This document shows positions 9,289 to 9,588 of a DNA stretch of 9,588 nucleotides, one piece after another. Numbering within the stretch: the first letter of the stretch is position 1; each line of letters begins with the position of its first letter. The stretch is taken from assembly GCA_016748015.1 (NCBI GenBank), contig JAAOMT010000105.1:1-9588 (forward strand), read 5' to 3'. The notes under the pieces are model-generated. The model ran no database searches. It saw nothing but the letters and a program-made list of their open reading frames with translations, and was not told the DNA's origin. Made by a program: the position numbers and the translations under genes. The stretch is from Geosiphon pyriformis uo1 (lineage: Eukaryota > Fungi > Glomeromycota).

Positions 9289-9588
9289 AATTGTATCCTA
9301 CCACTTTACAGTGATATAGAGATTACGCTGCTGGGGATCAAACAGTTGATCCTTAATTGGAGTAGTAAACCACCAAACCACAAATGGATCCCTAAATTGG
9401 ATGCCTCCTGAGAACCTTTATATGGATACAAGGATTGGGTAGTACTACAAACCACCTGTGGGAGACTTGTATACCTCGGTGTATAAACCCCCCCCAACTA
9501 TCGTTGCGAACCCATTGTATCTAAATTGATCTTGTATACAAAAGTATACACTACCCTTGATTGTATATACAACCCCCAAACCGTAGAC
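9289..9588 (+). repeat. Terminal direct repeat, copy 2 (wrap-around of a circular contig)
   Basis: Exact copy of 1-300. The round 300-nt length suggests an added or assembly overlap rather than a biological LTR. Confidence 0.97.

Overview
The window is one complete, apparently circular molecule of 9,288 bp: bases 9289-9588 exactly repeat bases 1-300. I can identify no protein-coding gene, tRNA, intact rRNA, CRISPR array, transposase or Rep/capsid gene. The listed ORFs are short (176 aa or less), overlap on both strands and mostly reflect base bias (G/W/V on +, P/T/Q on -) or the poly(C) run. The circle is nevertheless organised. G/T-rich + strand domains alternate with A/C-richer or balanced domains, and many borders are marked by C homopolymers (about 15 runs of 8 or more C, all on +, including a 129-nt run at 7079-7207). 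There is a C-run-bracketed array of 12 same-orientation TGGAT words (1743-1945), a palindrome cluster at 45-320, a twice-occurring CG-rich box (2083, 4388), hairpins holding some of the rare CpGs, and a mosaic of short recurring words at 7287-8280. My best inference, with low to moderate confidence, is a largely non-coding organellar-type minichromosome, comparable to diplonemid/kinetoplastid mitochondrial circles or dinoflagellate plastid minicircles, whose payload may be fragmented or edited RNA. Faint LSU-rRNA-like snippets are present but are not statistically established. A poly(G)-mediated assembly artefact at 7079-7207 must be excluded.
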